In this document: piece by piece, positions 1 through 13,865 of the stretch
Position numbering within the stretch: the first letter of the stretch is position 1
Layout: each line of letters begins with the position of its first letter
NCBI GenBank assembly: GCA_907165135.1
Contig: OU015568.1
Location: forward strand, 14,705,208-14,769,207
Direction: 5' to 3'
Source of the DNA: Oikopleura dioica
Lineage: Eukaryota > Animalia > Chordata
DNA length: 64,000 bases
The notes under the pieces: generated by a model
The model's database searches: none
Seen by the model: the letters and a program-made list of their open reading frames with translations, nothing else
What the model was told of the DNA's origin: nothing
Translations under genes and position numbers: made by a program

Positions 1-1595
1 AAAAATCTCAAGATGATGAGATTGGTGATGGCACCACTGGCGTCGTCGTCCTCGCTGGTGCTCTTTGGAACAAGCCGAGCCACTCTTGGACAGAGGAATT
101 CACCCTATCCGAATTGCTGATGGTTATGATAAGGCCTGTCAAGTTGCCCTCAAAACTCTCGACAGAATTGCCGAGGATTTTCCTATCTCTGACAAGGTAA
201 AAGACAACATTTGCAAACAGTCGTTTAGATTGTTTTAGGATATGCTCAAGCGAACAGCCAGAACTACTCTTGGCTCTAAAATTGTCAACCGATGCCATGA
301 TCAGTTCGCCGACATCGCTGTTGAGTCCGTTCTTGCCGTCGCTGATTTCGAAAAGAAAGATGTTAATTTTGAACTCATCAAAATGCTCACCAAGGTACAT
401 CTTTACTTACTTGTTCTTTTCAAACTACCAATATATTTTCAAGGTCGGAGGAAAGCTCGATGATACTCAGTTGATCAAGGGTGTTGTCATCGACAAGGAC
501 TTTAGTCACCCTCAGATGCCCAAGCAAGTTGAAAACGCTAAACTCGCAATTTTGACTTGCCCATTCGAACCTCCAAAGCCAAAGACCAACCACAAGCTTG
601 ATGTCACCTGTGTAGAAGACTACAAAGTAAGATCTTTTCTTAAAACTATCTATAGCATTATTTGTAGCAATTACAAACTTACGAGCGGGAAAAATTCGAG
701 GAAATGATCAAACAAGTGAAGGATACTGGAGCTAACCTCGCCATTTGCCAGTGGGGTTTCGACGACGAAGCCAACCATCTCCTCCTCCAGAACAACTTAC
801 CAGCTGTCCGATGGGTCGGTGGTCCCGAAATTGAGCTTATCGCTATCGCCACTGGCGGTCGTATCGTCCCCCGATTCCAGGTACTCATCGTTGATATCAA
901 TCTTGAACCAAGCGCGTTTTCCTTAGGAGCTCACCAAAGAAAAACTCGGCGAAGCTGGTATTGTCCGAGAAATCGACCTTGGTACCACTAAAGAGCGAAT
1001 GTTGGTTGTCGAACAGTGCAAGAACAGCAAGGCTGTCACAGTTTTCATCCGAGGCTCCAACAGAATGGTCATTGCCGAGGCCGAGCGATCCCTCCACGAC
1101 GCTATCTGCGTCGTCCGAAATCTCATCCGAGATTCAAGAATCGTCTACGGTGGTGGCGCTCCTGAAGTTGCTTGTGCTCTTGATGTTGCTGAAGAAGCTG
1201 ACAATACTTCTGGACTCGACCAGTGGGGCATGCGGTAAGTCTGATAAGTTCCCATCACCCGATAATTATTTTTAGAGCATTCGCTTCAGCTCTTGAAAGC
1301 GTACCCATGGCCTTGGCCGAGAACTCCGGTTTGAATCCAGTTGAGACTTTGACTGATCTCCGATCTGACCAAAAGACCACTGGAAACCCCCGACTTGGTG
1401 TTGATGCTCTTTATACCGGAGATCGAGATATGAAGGTATCATCGAAAATGGATGTTTTGGCGTTACTAACTATTTTTAAAGGTCCAAAATGTTGTGGAGA
1501 CCCTCGTTGGAAAGAAACAGCAGCTCTCGCTAGCAACACAGCTCGTTCGAATGATCTTAAAAATCGACGACGTCAGAACGGTCGGCGCTCAATAA
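1..1595 (+). CDS. CCT5: T-complex protein 1 subunit epsilon (chaperonin CCT5), 5' end outside window, multi-exon
   Basis: Spliced exons give [83 protein letters not shown] and end [13 protein letters not shown] (TAA 1593-1595); GT-AG introns of ~45-60 nt. Confidence 0.95.
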
Positions 1596-1950
1596 TTCAC
1601 AGACAAACTACTGTATCCCTTTCTAGTATTTTAGCCTTTTTAGGATCAATTATTCCTGAGATCAGTGTCACAACCTCACTCTCTTCAAACCTTGTTTTTT
1701 GAATGCTTGAAGCTGAGCACCACATATTTGTTTTTATTTGATTCCGCCAACTCAACGATTATTTTACACTTCGTAAAGAACAAAACTGACCGATTTTAGC
1801 AACTGAAAATACCACCATTATAGTTCATACTTCCTGTGTCTTTCACCTATACTTTCAATACATGTTTTATTTGATAAAAGAACCCTCCAGTGTCTTTCTC
1901 AATTTTTTGCAGAAGTGTGATCAGGTTTAGTTAAGAAAAAACATGCGGCT

Positions 1951-4900
1951 ATGGTGTTGACAGTTCCAATCGGACTGTGGTCAGGTCGGAATGTCAACTG
2001 TAAATGTACCTGCTTCGGTCGAATCGAGTCCAACCTTGACAATGTCGAGTACTGGATTTATGCTACCTTTGAGAGCGGCCAGATCTTCATTTGGAAGGTT
2101 TCCGATCAGAACATCATCCACAAAAGCGTCCTAATACAGGACTCTGATGCATCTCCGATAGTGAGCACATCATCTTACGGGAAGAATCATCTAGCAACGC
2201 TTTCCCTCTCCGGGTTAATTCAGTTTTGGCATGTTCCTTCTGGCCGCGTAGTATTCTCAATTCAAGCGTCTGATCGTCTTGGAGGTCTTGTTACTCTCTC
2301 TGAAACATTGATAGCTGCTTTCGGCGAACTCAGTGAAGTCCTTGTTTTCAGCACAAAAACTGGAAAGCGCGAGTTCTCACTTTGCTGCCGTTTGTACCCG
2401 GACTGGATAACTTGCGGGGTCTCAATAAATGTCCCCGATCTATCAGTTTTGCTCGGCATAACGGCAGGTGGAACTTTGAAAGTATGGCGCGTCTCAACAG
2501 AGCCTCAACAATCGCTAGAAGAGCCACTTTGGGAGGAAGAGTCGAAGCAAATCCGATCATGCGAGCATCCGATTGTTCTGAAATTAAGGAGCGAATACGC
2601 CCTTGTCGTCTGTAAGAAGTCCTTCTTCATCTTGGACTCATCGGATTTTTCAAGCATATCTTATCAGTCGATTGATAGCGATTGCCTCGTCGATGGATTT
2701 TTCCTTCAAGCAAGTTCAAACTTCGCCATCGTGTCGGAGAACAAAGCTCTGAACTTGTCATATTTCACGATCTACTCAACAGCGAACCTTAAGCCTCAAA
2801 GTGCGGATGACCAATCTCCGCAGCTCATTTGGCGAACGTCTGCTCCCCTGCACTCGAACTTTCAACTTTCTGGAAAACGTCTTCATTCAATTGCTCCTTC
2901 TCTTGAGATCTCTACATATGTAGCGCAGGAAGATTCACTAATTGAGATAGCTAAAACTGCTTCTTGCAGTGGAGTTGAAGGCGAACTTGATGTATTTTGC
3001 ACGAATGACTCCTACATCACTGCGGTTTGCTTTGTTGAAGAGAAGGATACCCTCATATTTGGTCGTTCTGATGGACATCTTGTTATCGCTCCTGCAATTC
3101 CTTCTTTTGCAAAATGTGTTTTTGATATTAACGAAGACGTAGATGTCTTTACATCTGCAGTAGCCAATTACGCCGAGATCACTTGTCTCATGTACCCATA
3201 CCAGCATAACACCGCTTCATATGACGACGATGTCTTTTTTGTTGGTAGCGCCGACTTCTCTGTCTCAGCATGGTCACTAACACATAAACAAAAGTTGGTA
3301 GAATTCCACAATCACATGGCTCCACTGCTGAGTCTCACAATTTGCCCGATAAAAGTCGGAAAATCAGCTGGCACGGCCGTTTCGATCGATGTCGATGGCG
3401 GAATCTGCGTATTGCATCCGAAGACGCACCAATGTCTCCTTTCTGATCCTGGCTTTGGTCAAGCGATAATTGATGTCGCTTGGACAAATGATGGGTACCT
3501 TATTGTCACTCGTGAAGACGGATCATGCAAGACATGGGATGCATATTCGATGGCTCTTGAACGGGAAACTTCTTCCTCTCAAGCGAATGAAATTCAGTCA
3601 ACAGCTGAGCTATATCCCCACGATAAACCTCCGGCAAGGAGGCAGCAGCTCATTTTTGTCCAACCAATGTTTCTTGATCAGCTTGATTCTCCACCAATTC
3701 TCAAGTGTTTATCGTTTCACTTCGATGTCGAAAAAATGGTTCAAAATATCATCCAGCACTATCGACTGAATCAAACAAGTATCAAGAAAATGCCATCGCG
3801 TCAAGCCTCTGAAGACAAATCACAGCCAAATTTAACCAATACTCTCAAGATAACAGGAATGCAGTTATTTTCTAGCGTCCAGTCAAAAATTAAAGAATCG
3901 CGCTCAGGTCGCCAATCTCCAGCAACTCCGACCTCACCAAAGTCTCCTCAACAACAAGCTACATCGCCATCGAAACTATCCTTATCAAGCGCACCATCAC
4001 TAGATACTTCTGAAAGTGCCATCTTGGGACCTCAATCGTTAGCATTCGGACGTATTCTTATCATGACCTTGCATGCATGGGGACTTCAGCCATCTCTTGA
4101 TGAGCTTCTAGTGACGATGATATCCTTTGCGCGACCGAAAAAGTCACTGATCTTTGGAGTCCGTCGTCAGAGCTGCTGTGTTTTCTTTTTCCCTGAAGAA
4201 CCAGACAATTTTAACGAACACTGGAACATTTCAAAAGACTTGACGAATCTCCATCTCATGTCGATAGGTTCTCTTTGCAACAGTTTGATGAATTTGTCCG
4301 AAGAAATCCTCGGTGATGGTAGACAGTGTTGGTCTGGACTAGTCACTCTCCACTGCGCCTTGCTAAGCGATCTATTAGAAAAGTACACTCCTCCCGCTCT
4401 GGAAACACTGGCGATTCGCTGGTCTGATCGTGTGCAAGAGATTCGCGAAACGGGACAAAGCCTTCTTCTTGATCAACTAAGACGTAATGACGAAAAGACC
4501 CGTGGACGCATTATCCAACACTTCCTCAATCAACTTTCATCATCCAACATGCAAACAAGTAATACTGCGGTTGTCATCCTAGGCGTGCTTGGTGCTGAAC
4601 TCAACTGCCTCGGTCAATCAACAACAAGAATCATTGCTCAGAAGCTGCTCTCTTCTTGATGCCAACGATAACTCAATTTCAAAGAGGACAGCTGTTGAAC
4701 TTCTTGGTCGTGGCTTCCATATCTGGGAGCCTTTCGTTGAGCCTGCAACTGTTCTCTTGGCTCTTATGGAAATGACGATCAACTATGAAATGGTGGAGCC
4801 ACTATTTAACAAGAAGGTGATGGTTTCGCCAAGCGCGGAGCTATGCCGTGCTTCGCATAGAGCTCTCTGTCAAATCGCCCGATCAAAACCCAGCGTCTTC

Positions 4901-5753
4901 ATCACGACAATAGGTAACGCAATGAATTAATAACTGATAAAACATTTCTGTTCGTAGGACGAGAAGTAGCCCGCCATACTGCCGCAATTGCTAATCCAGC
5001 TACCTCCCAGAAATTTCAGCAGTCAACGCTTGTCAAAGCCAAAAATGAAGTGTTGCGGATAATAGAGTTTTTGGCAGAAATGCTGCCCAACGAGCTGTCT
5101 CTGCTTATATCTGAGGTATTGATATCGACAAAATTGAGAAGTCTAATATTTTTAAAGGTCGTTGACATCGTTCTGTTTTGCTTGGACTCTCAAGCATTCA
5201 AGAAAACGAGGTTATCTGACGCTTTTCCTCCACTGCAAAGGTACATTGATACTGCCCCTTATTTGTTATAAATTGCTGTTAGATTTCATATGCTGTCATT
5301 CTGCAATAACACCAGAAGAATAGCGGCCGGGACGAAGAATGGGCAGATAATTGTTTATGACTTGAAGACTCTGAAAAGTCAGGTGGTTTCCGCTCATCGA
5401 GGCGCAGTATCTGCGCTTTGTTTTTCACCGGATGGAAAATACTTGGCTACGTATTCAAATGGTCTATTAGAAGATTATTTGCATCGTTGTAAATCATTTA
5501 TTCTAGTTGAAAATCAATTGAGTTTCTGGGTGATGGTATCGTCTATTTTTGGAATGGTTACTTCGCATGTGAAATGCGTCAAATCTGTTGGAACTGTGCC
5601 GCTGAGAGTATGGTGTGTCTCAAATTTCTAGTTACAATAATTTTATAGGTTTCGTCGAGCAATATTTCGGAAAACCCGAAGCTCGTCTGGGTCAATAAAG
5701 AAGTCGCAGTTCTGCTGAATTCGGACGGCTCAGAATATCGCTTTACGATATAG
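1951..5753 (+). CDS. WDR7: WD repeat protein 7 / rabconnectin-3 beta
   Basis: N-term MVLTVPIGLW; RTAVELLGRGFHIWEPF, AHRGAVSALCFSPDGKYLATYS and the end LNSDGSEYRFTI* match the WDR7 pattern; apparent 1-nt frameshift near 4650. Confidence 0.88.
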
Positions 5754-5975
5754 AAATTATATTCAAGGACGTTTCATTTATTTATACTTGTGTACTTTAT
5801 ATCATCCTGATTTCTTCATTGCTTCTTCAACTCGCTATCTGCTCGTTCTGTCTGTCAATCCACTAGACTGTACTGTTTATCGAAGTTACTGCATGTGCAA
5901 TAAACTGAATCGAGAGGAATCCTCTCGTACCATATTTATTTAACTTATAGCTAAGATCTCTTGTTTAGTATAAAA

Positions 5976-7478
5976 ATGGTGCAAATCAATTACGAGGTCA
6001 GGCTAAAAAGCAACGCAAAATATCAAATGACAGAAATAGAGGATAGTCTTCGGAGCATCTTCGAACTATTCGACGATGGAGTTAAAAGCTTAATTCCGAA
6101 ACAAGACAAGGAAAAGATCATGAACGCGATTAACGAGATTATGGACGAAACTGAGACGAAAGATCTGCTGGAAGCGTTGAACGTCGTGGAAGAGTGCGTT
6201 TCTGAGGTTATGATTTGCGAAGAGAGCGAAAAGTACAGTGATATTCCTAATACTGCCCTCGGGAAGTTCTATTTGTACACCATGGACAAAGCTGAGGGAG
6301 AAGAAGAGCACATTGATGAGGAAGAAGGTAACATACTCTCGCCTTATTTCAAAACTAATTTATCTTCTGAAGATGGCGAAATCGCTGCTTGCCAGACATG
6401 GATGTTACCGAACAAGGCGTTTTACGGACTGTGGGAGTCGCTGCACTACTCATCATCGCTCAAAACCGATCTCATTCAATACGCGGAAACATCTTTTCGG
6501 CTATCGCAACTAGGAGTCAGCAACACGCTCATTAGCTGGAACAAAGTCATTCTTTTTCATGGCCCTCCAGGCACTGGAAAGACTTCCATCGCTCAGGTAC
6601 AAACCTTTAATTGCTCAAAAACAATCATTTCTTTAGGCATTTGCTCAAAAATTAGCGATTCGACAAATAGGCGGCTATCAAAATACGGCACTTGTGGAGA
6701 TCAACTCACATTCTCTCTTCTCAAAGTGGTTTTCGGAGTCAGGCAAACTTGTTCAGAAAATGTTTTCTAAAATAAGAGACTATGCGGGTTAGTTGACGCT
6801 TTCAGATCACGACTACAACTATTTTAAGATGACAAGTCGATCATGACGATCATCCTCATCGACGAAGTAGAGAGCTTAACCTCTGCTAGATCGGGTTCCG
6901 CGAATGAGCCAGCAGATGCCGTTAGAGTAGTCAATGCTGTTCTTACGCAACTGGACTCGCTGAAAAAGTACCCGAACGTTCTCGTTGTTTGCACATCGAA
7001 CATCACTGGCAAAATTGATCTGGCATTCATCGATCGCGCCGACATGAAGATTTTCGTTGGACCACCAGAGCCAAAAGCTATCTACACTATCCTCGAGTCT
7101 GCGTTCAACGAATTATATCATAAAGGCATGATTACAGGCAAATATTCCTTACGATCAGAAGGATACGACCTGCCAAAGTAAGAGCGGTTTTCATGCTCGG
7201 TGAATATTTTTAAGTCCAACTGACAGCGAGAGAAGCCTTATTGCGATCGCCGACAGTGCTCAAGGAATCAGCGGACGCACGCTTCGAAAGATACCATTCC
7301 TGGCCTTGATGAAGTACTGCGCTGGAGCTCAACAGGTCACTCTTGACAACTATCTTAACGCTGTCGAAAAAGCCATCGAAAGCGACAAGGTTGAGAGAAA
7401 GCATCTTTCTGGTAAAAATAGCTCTCTTTTCTTTCAATCACTATTTATTTAGATGAAAACCCGAAGATGGAAGCCTAG
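5976..7478 (+). CDS. TRIP13: Pachytene checkpoint AAA+ ATPase (pch2/TRIP13)
   Basis: [34 protein letters not shown] (Walker A), [13 protein letters not shown] (Walker B), [24 protein letters not shown]. Confidence 0.93.
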
Positions 7479-7603
7479 CCGTTCACCTACATTTTACTTT
7501 TCACATTCCCTTTATCAACTTTTCACATCACAACTGCCACGTGCCATCGAGTTCAAATAAAAGGCATATCACGATTCCCAATAAAAATATTTTTTCATTA
7601 AGA

Positions 7604-8941
7604 ATGGACCTTTTGCTTCCGAGCAATCTGTCTCTTCCATCGAATGGAAATGGTCTTATTGTAGGCGCCCTGTATTCGCCTGGTAATAATAACAATTAAA
7701 AACAATCTGGTTATTTCTCTCTAGGAAAATTGTTAATACAAAATTTTGTGGAAACTCCTTCTCAAGATAAAGAATCTGAGTGTGCCTTGTATGAGCATAT
7801 TTACAACCACACAAGAGAAGTCATCGCTCGGCTTAGCGGTGGAATAAACGTTCTTGGAGGCTTCTTTGTTGATGAGAAAGAAAATAGTGACTGGCTAAAA
7901 AGTACGAAGAAATTAAGACGGGAGGGACATATAGCAAACGAGACAATCTTTGCGTACATCGAAGGTAAAAAATCTGTAGTTTATTGAAAATAACCCGGCA
8001 TGTTAGATGGAAGTATTCGGGCCAAACGTATTCGAGACTCTGGAGATGTTCAAAAAGTAGAAGTAAAGACTGTATCTTCCTCAAAATTCCCCCTGACACA
8101 GATCCGCTCCCAAGCATCCTTTCAATTTTCGCTTCCCATCGTTTCCAAATCGCAGAAAATCTACGCCTCAGAAGTCGGGAAGCAAATAACGAACTTCGCA
8201 GTCGAAAAATTATCCAGTTTCGAACTCTTCGTCAATAATAGATTCAGCGAAAATGGCGAGCTTGTTATTCCAAAAAATGCGTCAACAGTTCCTGAATTCC
8301 TGATGGCTGATATCTATCATGAAGGTCATGATGTGCCGATTCAATTAGCCGATAGCCCCTCTATGAATGTACAAATCTCTATTGCCGTAAGAGCTGCTAT
8401 CACTAGAAAATCTTCCATAAGTGATTTGAAAGAACTGATCAGGTAATCCTTCGTTTTATCTTCAATCCTAAAACTCAACTAGAGTGGATGTACAGCGCTC
8501 GTTATCAAAAAGATTTGAGATTTTCACCGAGGATCTCATCCTCGAGCTCGATGAAGACAACCCTCTCATGACAAATGGAATACTGGCTAGACGAGTATTC
8601 ACATCAATCAATGGTGGCTTTCCAATCTCGTTGTACGAGAATTTTCAAACAAAAGCAGGCGACGACCTCGAGTTTATCTTCAACATATCAGAATCCACGG
8701 AACCCTTCGAGGTTAATGCTGGAGAATCTTTATCTTTTATTATGTTTCTATTTAGTATGCGGAACCAGAAGTAAAAAATACGACCGTTATAGACAGAATT
8801 CGCGATGAAGAACAGGCATCAACTAAAATTTCTAAGAGCAACCCCTCGAGTAACAACTCGGCCAACAAAAATTTAATAATGGCGCTCTTGGTCGCTATCT
8901 TAGCTGTAATTCTTTCACTGTTACTTTCAAGGTCTTCGTAA
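7604..8941 (+). CDS. ODR4: ODR-4 homolog (ER membrane adaptor)
   Basis: EHIYNHTREVIARLSGGINVLGGFFV resembles ODR4 EHACQVSRMLPGGLLVLGVF; DVQRSLSKRFEIF; C-terminal TM LIMALLVAILAVILSLLL. Confidence 0.7.
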
Positions 8942-9000
8942 ACATGTGCAATAATAATAAATAAACATCACTCCTCTTATTATTTTTTTTAGACTTGATC

Positions 9001-9627
9001 ATGTTGCGAAGCTCTCGATCATTGATCAACCGATTTGCCTCTACCAAAGTCTTCTTTGACATCAACGCTGGTGGAGAAGGTACCCAGCGTATCACCTTCA
9101 AGGTTTTTCATAGTCGATTCTATTTCTTATATATTGAGTAGCTTTATGATGATGTTGTGCCAAAAACTGCCGAGAATTTCCGTCAGCTGTGTACTGGAGA
9201 AGCTGGCTTTGGATACAAAGGATCCAGCTTCCACAGAATCATCAACGATTTTATGGCTCAGGGCGGGGACTTTACTGCTGGCAATGGCACTGGCGGAAAG
9301 GTACCCAAACAATCACATGCTTGCTCTTATAGTTGATTCAAGAGTATCTACGGCCGAACCTTTGCCGACGAAAACTTTAACATCCGGCACGAGCAGCCCT
9401 ACCTCCTTTCGATGGCCAATGCCGGTCCAAACACTAACGGTTCGCAGTTCTTCATCACTTTTATTCCCTGCCCATGGCTCGACGGCAAGCATACCGTCTT
9501 CGGTGAAGTTGTAGATGGCAAAGAAATCGTTGATATCATGAATAAGTACGGCAGCCAAAGTGGCCGACCTAGAGCGAACTTCACTATTGCCGACTGTGGC
9601 GAGCTCAAGGAAGACGAACTTGACTAA
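9001..9627 (+). CDS. PPIF: Cyclophilin peptidyl-prolyl isomerase with an Arg/Ser-rich presequence (PPIF/cyclophilin D-like)
   Basis: [59 protein letters not shown]; N-term [14 protein letters not shown] looks like a mitochondrial presequence (paralog assignment is inference). Confidence 0.8.
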
Positions 9628-9749
9628 ATTATTTATTTCTGTTGTTCAAAATTGCCTTCGCTGGCCATCTGCCTGACGACTTTAGAATAAATTACCACTC
9701 AAAACTTGAATTTCACGAAGATCGCCATGTAAATCATTGTGATTTAGAC

Positions 9750-11331
9750 ATGTCTCGAGCAGTGGGATGGGTTTCGTCGCCCTCGGATATCACGAAGGCG
9801 GCATTACAAAAGGCGGACCAAAGTTCATTTTTCATCCTAAGAACTCATGGCCCAACCTCTTTCACTTTGAAAGACGGCTCATCTGTACGAGAGCAGCAAG
9901 CTGACGGAAACGGTGGTTCAAGCGCGAAGGTATGCTACCGTATAAACTCTGGTTAACCAAAACCTAAATCAATGATTTTAGCGAGTCTATAAAGTCACTC
10001 TTGGCGCAATTCATAGTTGCAGTTGTATAGCTTTCAAGCGCGAGCGCACTATCTGCAAGCATATTTGTTGGGTGCTGCTGAAGCGCTTTCGAATGGCTAA
10101 ATCAAATCCACTGATCTGGCAAGGAGGGTTTGTCCCCCGCGAATTCGATGAGCTTCTCCGCGGGGATCATGCTCGAAAAGAAACGAAGCCGGTGGAGCAA
10201 TCTGGCGATTCTGAACAACCATCTGAAAGTGGCCCTACTCCTGGGAGAGCACTCAATGCTGACGATGTTTGCCCTATTTGCCAAGAAGAGCTTCTTGAAG
10301 TCCGCATGCCTATCACTTGGTGTCGATGCTGCAATAACGCTGCTCATATTCGGTGTATGAAGGTCTGGGCAGAGCATCAAGACACAATGCAACGCGGCGA
10401 TGGTGGTGACATTCAATGCCCTTATTGCAGGCAAACATTTGCACCAAAAGAGCAGCTACGACGTGAATTCACCAACACTTGGGAGAGGAAAAAGCACAAG
10501 GATGTCATTCATAGCGGCAGCGTTTGTGCCGATTGTTCGATGACGCCGATAAAGGGAAAACTCTACATAGGAATCGGAGATGCTGTGAATTTATGCGGTC
10601 AATGCTATCGTAATGGAGCAAGGCCACATGTTCGATTCAATGTCCGTGAGCGACCGGGACAGAGTCTAAAACCAGCAAAACGAAACTTGGCGAATCACCA
10701 ACTAACGCTTGAGCTCCAAGGCCGCGAAATCCAAGAAGAAGACTACGAACGACTCCTTGAGCTAGACCGACCCGCTTCTCCTGATAGACCTGGGGTTCCA
10801 GATCATGTTTTGAACTTACTGCCTTGCCACAAAGTGGGTGCTAATCAGCGGCTACTCAAAGATGGTATGCAGTGCCGAATATGTTTACAAGCGTTCGACC
10901 CGGCGCATTATGTCAAACGATTGGACTCTTGTAGTCACTACTTTCACCGTGATTGTATCGATACTTGGTGTCAAAATCATACAGGTTTTTATTATAAGAC
11001 GGAATTTTATCTAATTATTCTTTCAGAGTGTCCAATTGATGGCAAGAAGATCAGACTACGACAAAAGAAGCCCAGAAGAACAAAAACCAATATCGACATT
11101 CTTGAGACCCGACAACGCTCTGCCTTCGCTCCACGTCGGCCAGCTGCTAAGCTTTTGGAACGACGAAGAAAATCAGAAGCAAACTTGATCTCGCCAAACA
11201 TGTCGGATCTGCTCGTTACAACACCTATTCGTGTCGCTGGATCCTCTTCGCAGTTGCCAATTACCGACGATATCGAGGAAATCAACCCGATTCCCTTGAT
11301 AAATTTCCGTGTTCGCAATATGCGACTTTAA
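9750..11331 (+). CDS. ZSWIM2: SWIM-RING-ZZ-RING E3 ubiquitin ligase
   Basis: SWIM HSCSC..CKHICWVLLKRF, RING CPICQEEL..CPYC, ZZ CADCSMTPIKG..LCGQCY, second RING CRICLQAF..HYFHRDCID. Confidence 0.88.
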
Positions 11332-11429
11332 GTATTTACCCCAAGTGCCCATTGATGCTTGCTTTCTTATATTTCTTTATATTTAATAAAATATATTTTT
11401 GTAGAAATGATTGAATCGCTCTTTTTAGA

Positions 11430-12525
11430 ATGTCAGATTGGGGTGGGTTTTCGGACGCAGAACTTCGCCACCTCCGAAGTGGCGGCGATTCAACAGCGAC
11501 CAAAGCTAAACCAGCCTCGTCCAAATCGCCGAAAAAGGCACTCGCCGCTAAAAAGACCTCAAAGCCAAAACCGCCGAAAAAATTACCTGATGAAGCCCTC
11601 CTTCCTACTAGTACAAACGCTGAACCAGCTAAACAGGAACCCAAAGAAGAAATCCAAGTGAACAAAGTTGACACCTCATCAAATCAACCTGAAGTAGTAA
11701 GTTTGCGAATCAGCTGACTGTTTTTGATTGAATTTAGCCGGATTTTATTGAAGAAGAAGTGGCCGAGCAAAAGAAAAAGATGGAGATCCAAGAAGTCGAG
11801 AAGATCCAAAAAGAGATGGAGGAGAAGAATAAAAGGCGAAGAGCCGCTCTAGCTCAAGAGGTCATCTCTCGCCAAAAGAAAGCTGCATTGGAAAGCAAAA
11901 TGCTCGCGACGATTCAGGATGAATTAGGTTTGATTCAATGTGCTTTCGTTTTGGAAATTTGTATTTAGTTAAATTGGATAACCTGCTTAATGCGGACGTT
12001 GCCGTAATCCGCGATCAAATCGACAAGGCTTGCGTAGAATTTAGCGAAGCAAATCGTCGATTTCAAACAGCAGAGAAAGAGTACGTCGATGCTAAGTTCG
12101 ACCTCCAGCAAAAACTGAGACAAAGGTAGGGGAAAATTATGGAGTGAGTCAAGTCATCATTGAAGGACAACCTGACCGAGCATCTCATGGATCTGATCCA
12201 GATGAACGAAGAGCGGAAACAGAAAAAGCTCGAGGAGTTGACATTCAAGCTGAGCATGGACCCAGAAATCGTGGCGAAACGAGAGGCAGAAGCTGCGGAG
12301 AAACTCCGACTGGAACAAGAGGCGAAGGAAAAGGCAATCGCTGAAGCAAAGAAAAAAGCAGCTGAAGAAGCTGAGAAAAATTCACAGAGCACTGAAGCAC
12401 CTGAAAACACCACTGAAAACACTGATGAGGCGGCACCTGCTGCCTCTCCGACGCCCCAAGAAATCTCAAGAGATCAACCTGCTCAAGACCTATCAAAGCC
12501 TGCTGCTGAAACTCCATCGAGCTAA
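11430..12525 (+). CDS. GORAB: RAB6-interacting golgin
   Basis: MSDWGGFSDAELRHL, MEEKNKRRRAALAQEV, LDNLLNADVAVIRDQIDKA, LTEHLMDLIQMNEERKQKKLEEL follow the GORAB consensus. Confidence 0.88.
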
Positions 12526-12797
12526 ACACTATCGAATCGATTTTACTATCTCCTTTAAGTTAACAATTACGCTTTCCTTTAAAACTTGACACCTTCGCCT
12601 TTTTATGGGATTTCTGCAATATACACCTTCTTCTTTCAATCCTCCCTTGAATATCAAACAGCATATTCACGGTTTAAATTTCTGTTTCTTTTCTGTGCCT
12701 TCCTTTAAATATATATAATCTGTTGATTCACAGTGCTCAAATTATACCCAGAAATCATTTGAGCGTATTTTTGATAGTTTATTTGCATGTTAGTTGA

Positions 12798-13865
12798 TCA
12801 GGGTTTGGTACTTAGTCCGCCTCGAGCGACGGTACCGAATCGTTTATCGGGGCGTTGCATTTCGTAATAGCAGTAAATCAGGATTATAGCACTTGCACCG
12901 AAGAAGAAAAATACATGATGAGCATGTATCTGACGAAAAAGTGAGGCAGGAAGAGATCCGAATATGTTGCGCTAAATAAGGAAAATAAAGTTCCTGATGA
13001 GAAAGGACTTTGAGCTGTTAGCAGGGTAGGTGTTGTTAAGCAAACCTGACGACAGATTCTTTTCTTTTTCGGCAACTGCATTAATTCCATTCTGAGCGTA
13101 GCAGACAATCACTTGATCCCATTTTGTTTCTTTAGGGATGATTGCGATTCCGTCGGTAACATCCAAACTCTCGCCCTTGTAGCTTTTGGAGATTTCCTTT
13201 TGCACCAAGCTATTGACCCCAATTATCGGCGTCGGATACCCAGATGCAGTACAGTTAAGCACATTCTCGTCTTTGAACATTCTCTTTAGTCGGGCTTTAC
13301 TACGATTAGTCGATATAATTTTTTAATTTGTGGCCCTTTCCTGATCTCCAATCATTGAAACTGTTGGAGGATGAAGAACATTCAATTTTGCCGTCGATTC
13401 TGAAAAGAATTATTGTAGCTGGTGAATCTAGCTCTTCGGAGCTAGCCTTACCTCTTTCAATGTCGTCCCGCTCGTCTGCATAGACACATTTTACTTCTGA
13501 TTGATGCATGTCCCGGGTAATTGGCTCAGTCAAAGTCAATGAAACTTCGCATACAGTTTGATTATTGATATTTTCACAGACCATATCAGCGGCGCTGTTT
13601 CTTCGTTGTCCATCGAAATAAAACGTCAAGTCAGTGGATTCTTCGTGAGGAACATTCGCTTTACATATTGCTACTCTCTGTGGATGTTTAGGGTCTATCG
13701 GATTGAGTTTAAAAAGCAAGTGGTTAATTCATTACCATTTTCGGGATCGCAGCCTTCTGTCGCTTCACAATTAACATCGCTGGAGAAGATTTTGTCCACT
13801 ACAGTTATTTCTTGTGCATACGAAAAAATTAACAGAAAAAGCGATGTTGTTGAGATTCCTCTCAT
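12798..13865 (-). CDS. Signal-peptide Ig-like domain type I membrane protein
   Basis: MRGISTTSLFLLIFSYAQ signal; Cys-paired beta segments (AICKAN..SEVKCVY; VLNCTASGYPTP..VIVCYAQN); TM FFFFGASAIILIYCYY and short tail. Confidence 0.55.
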
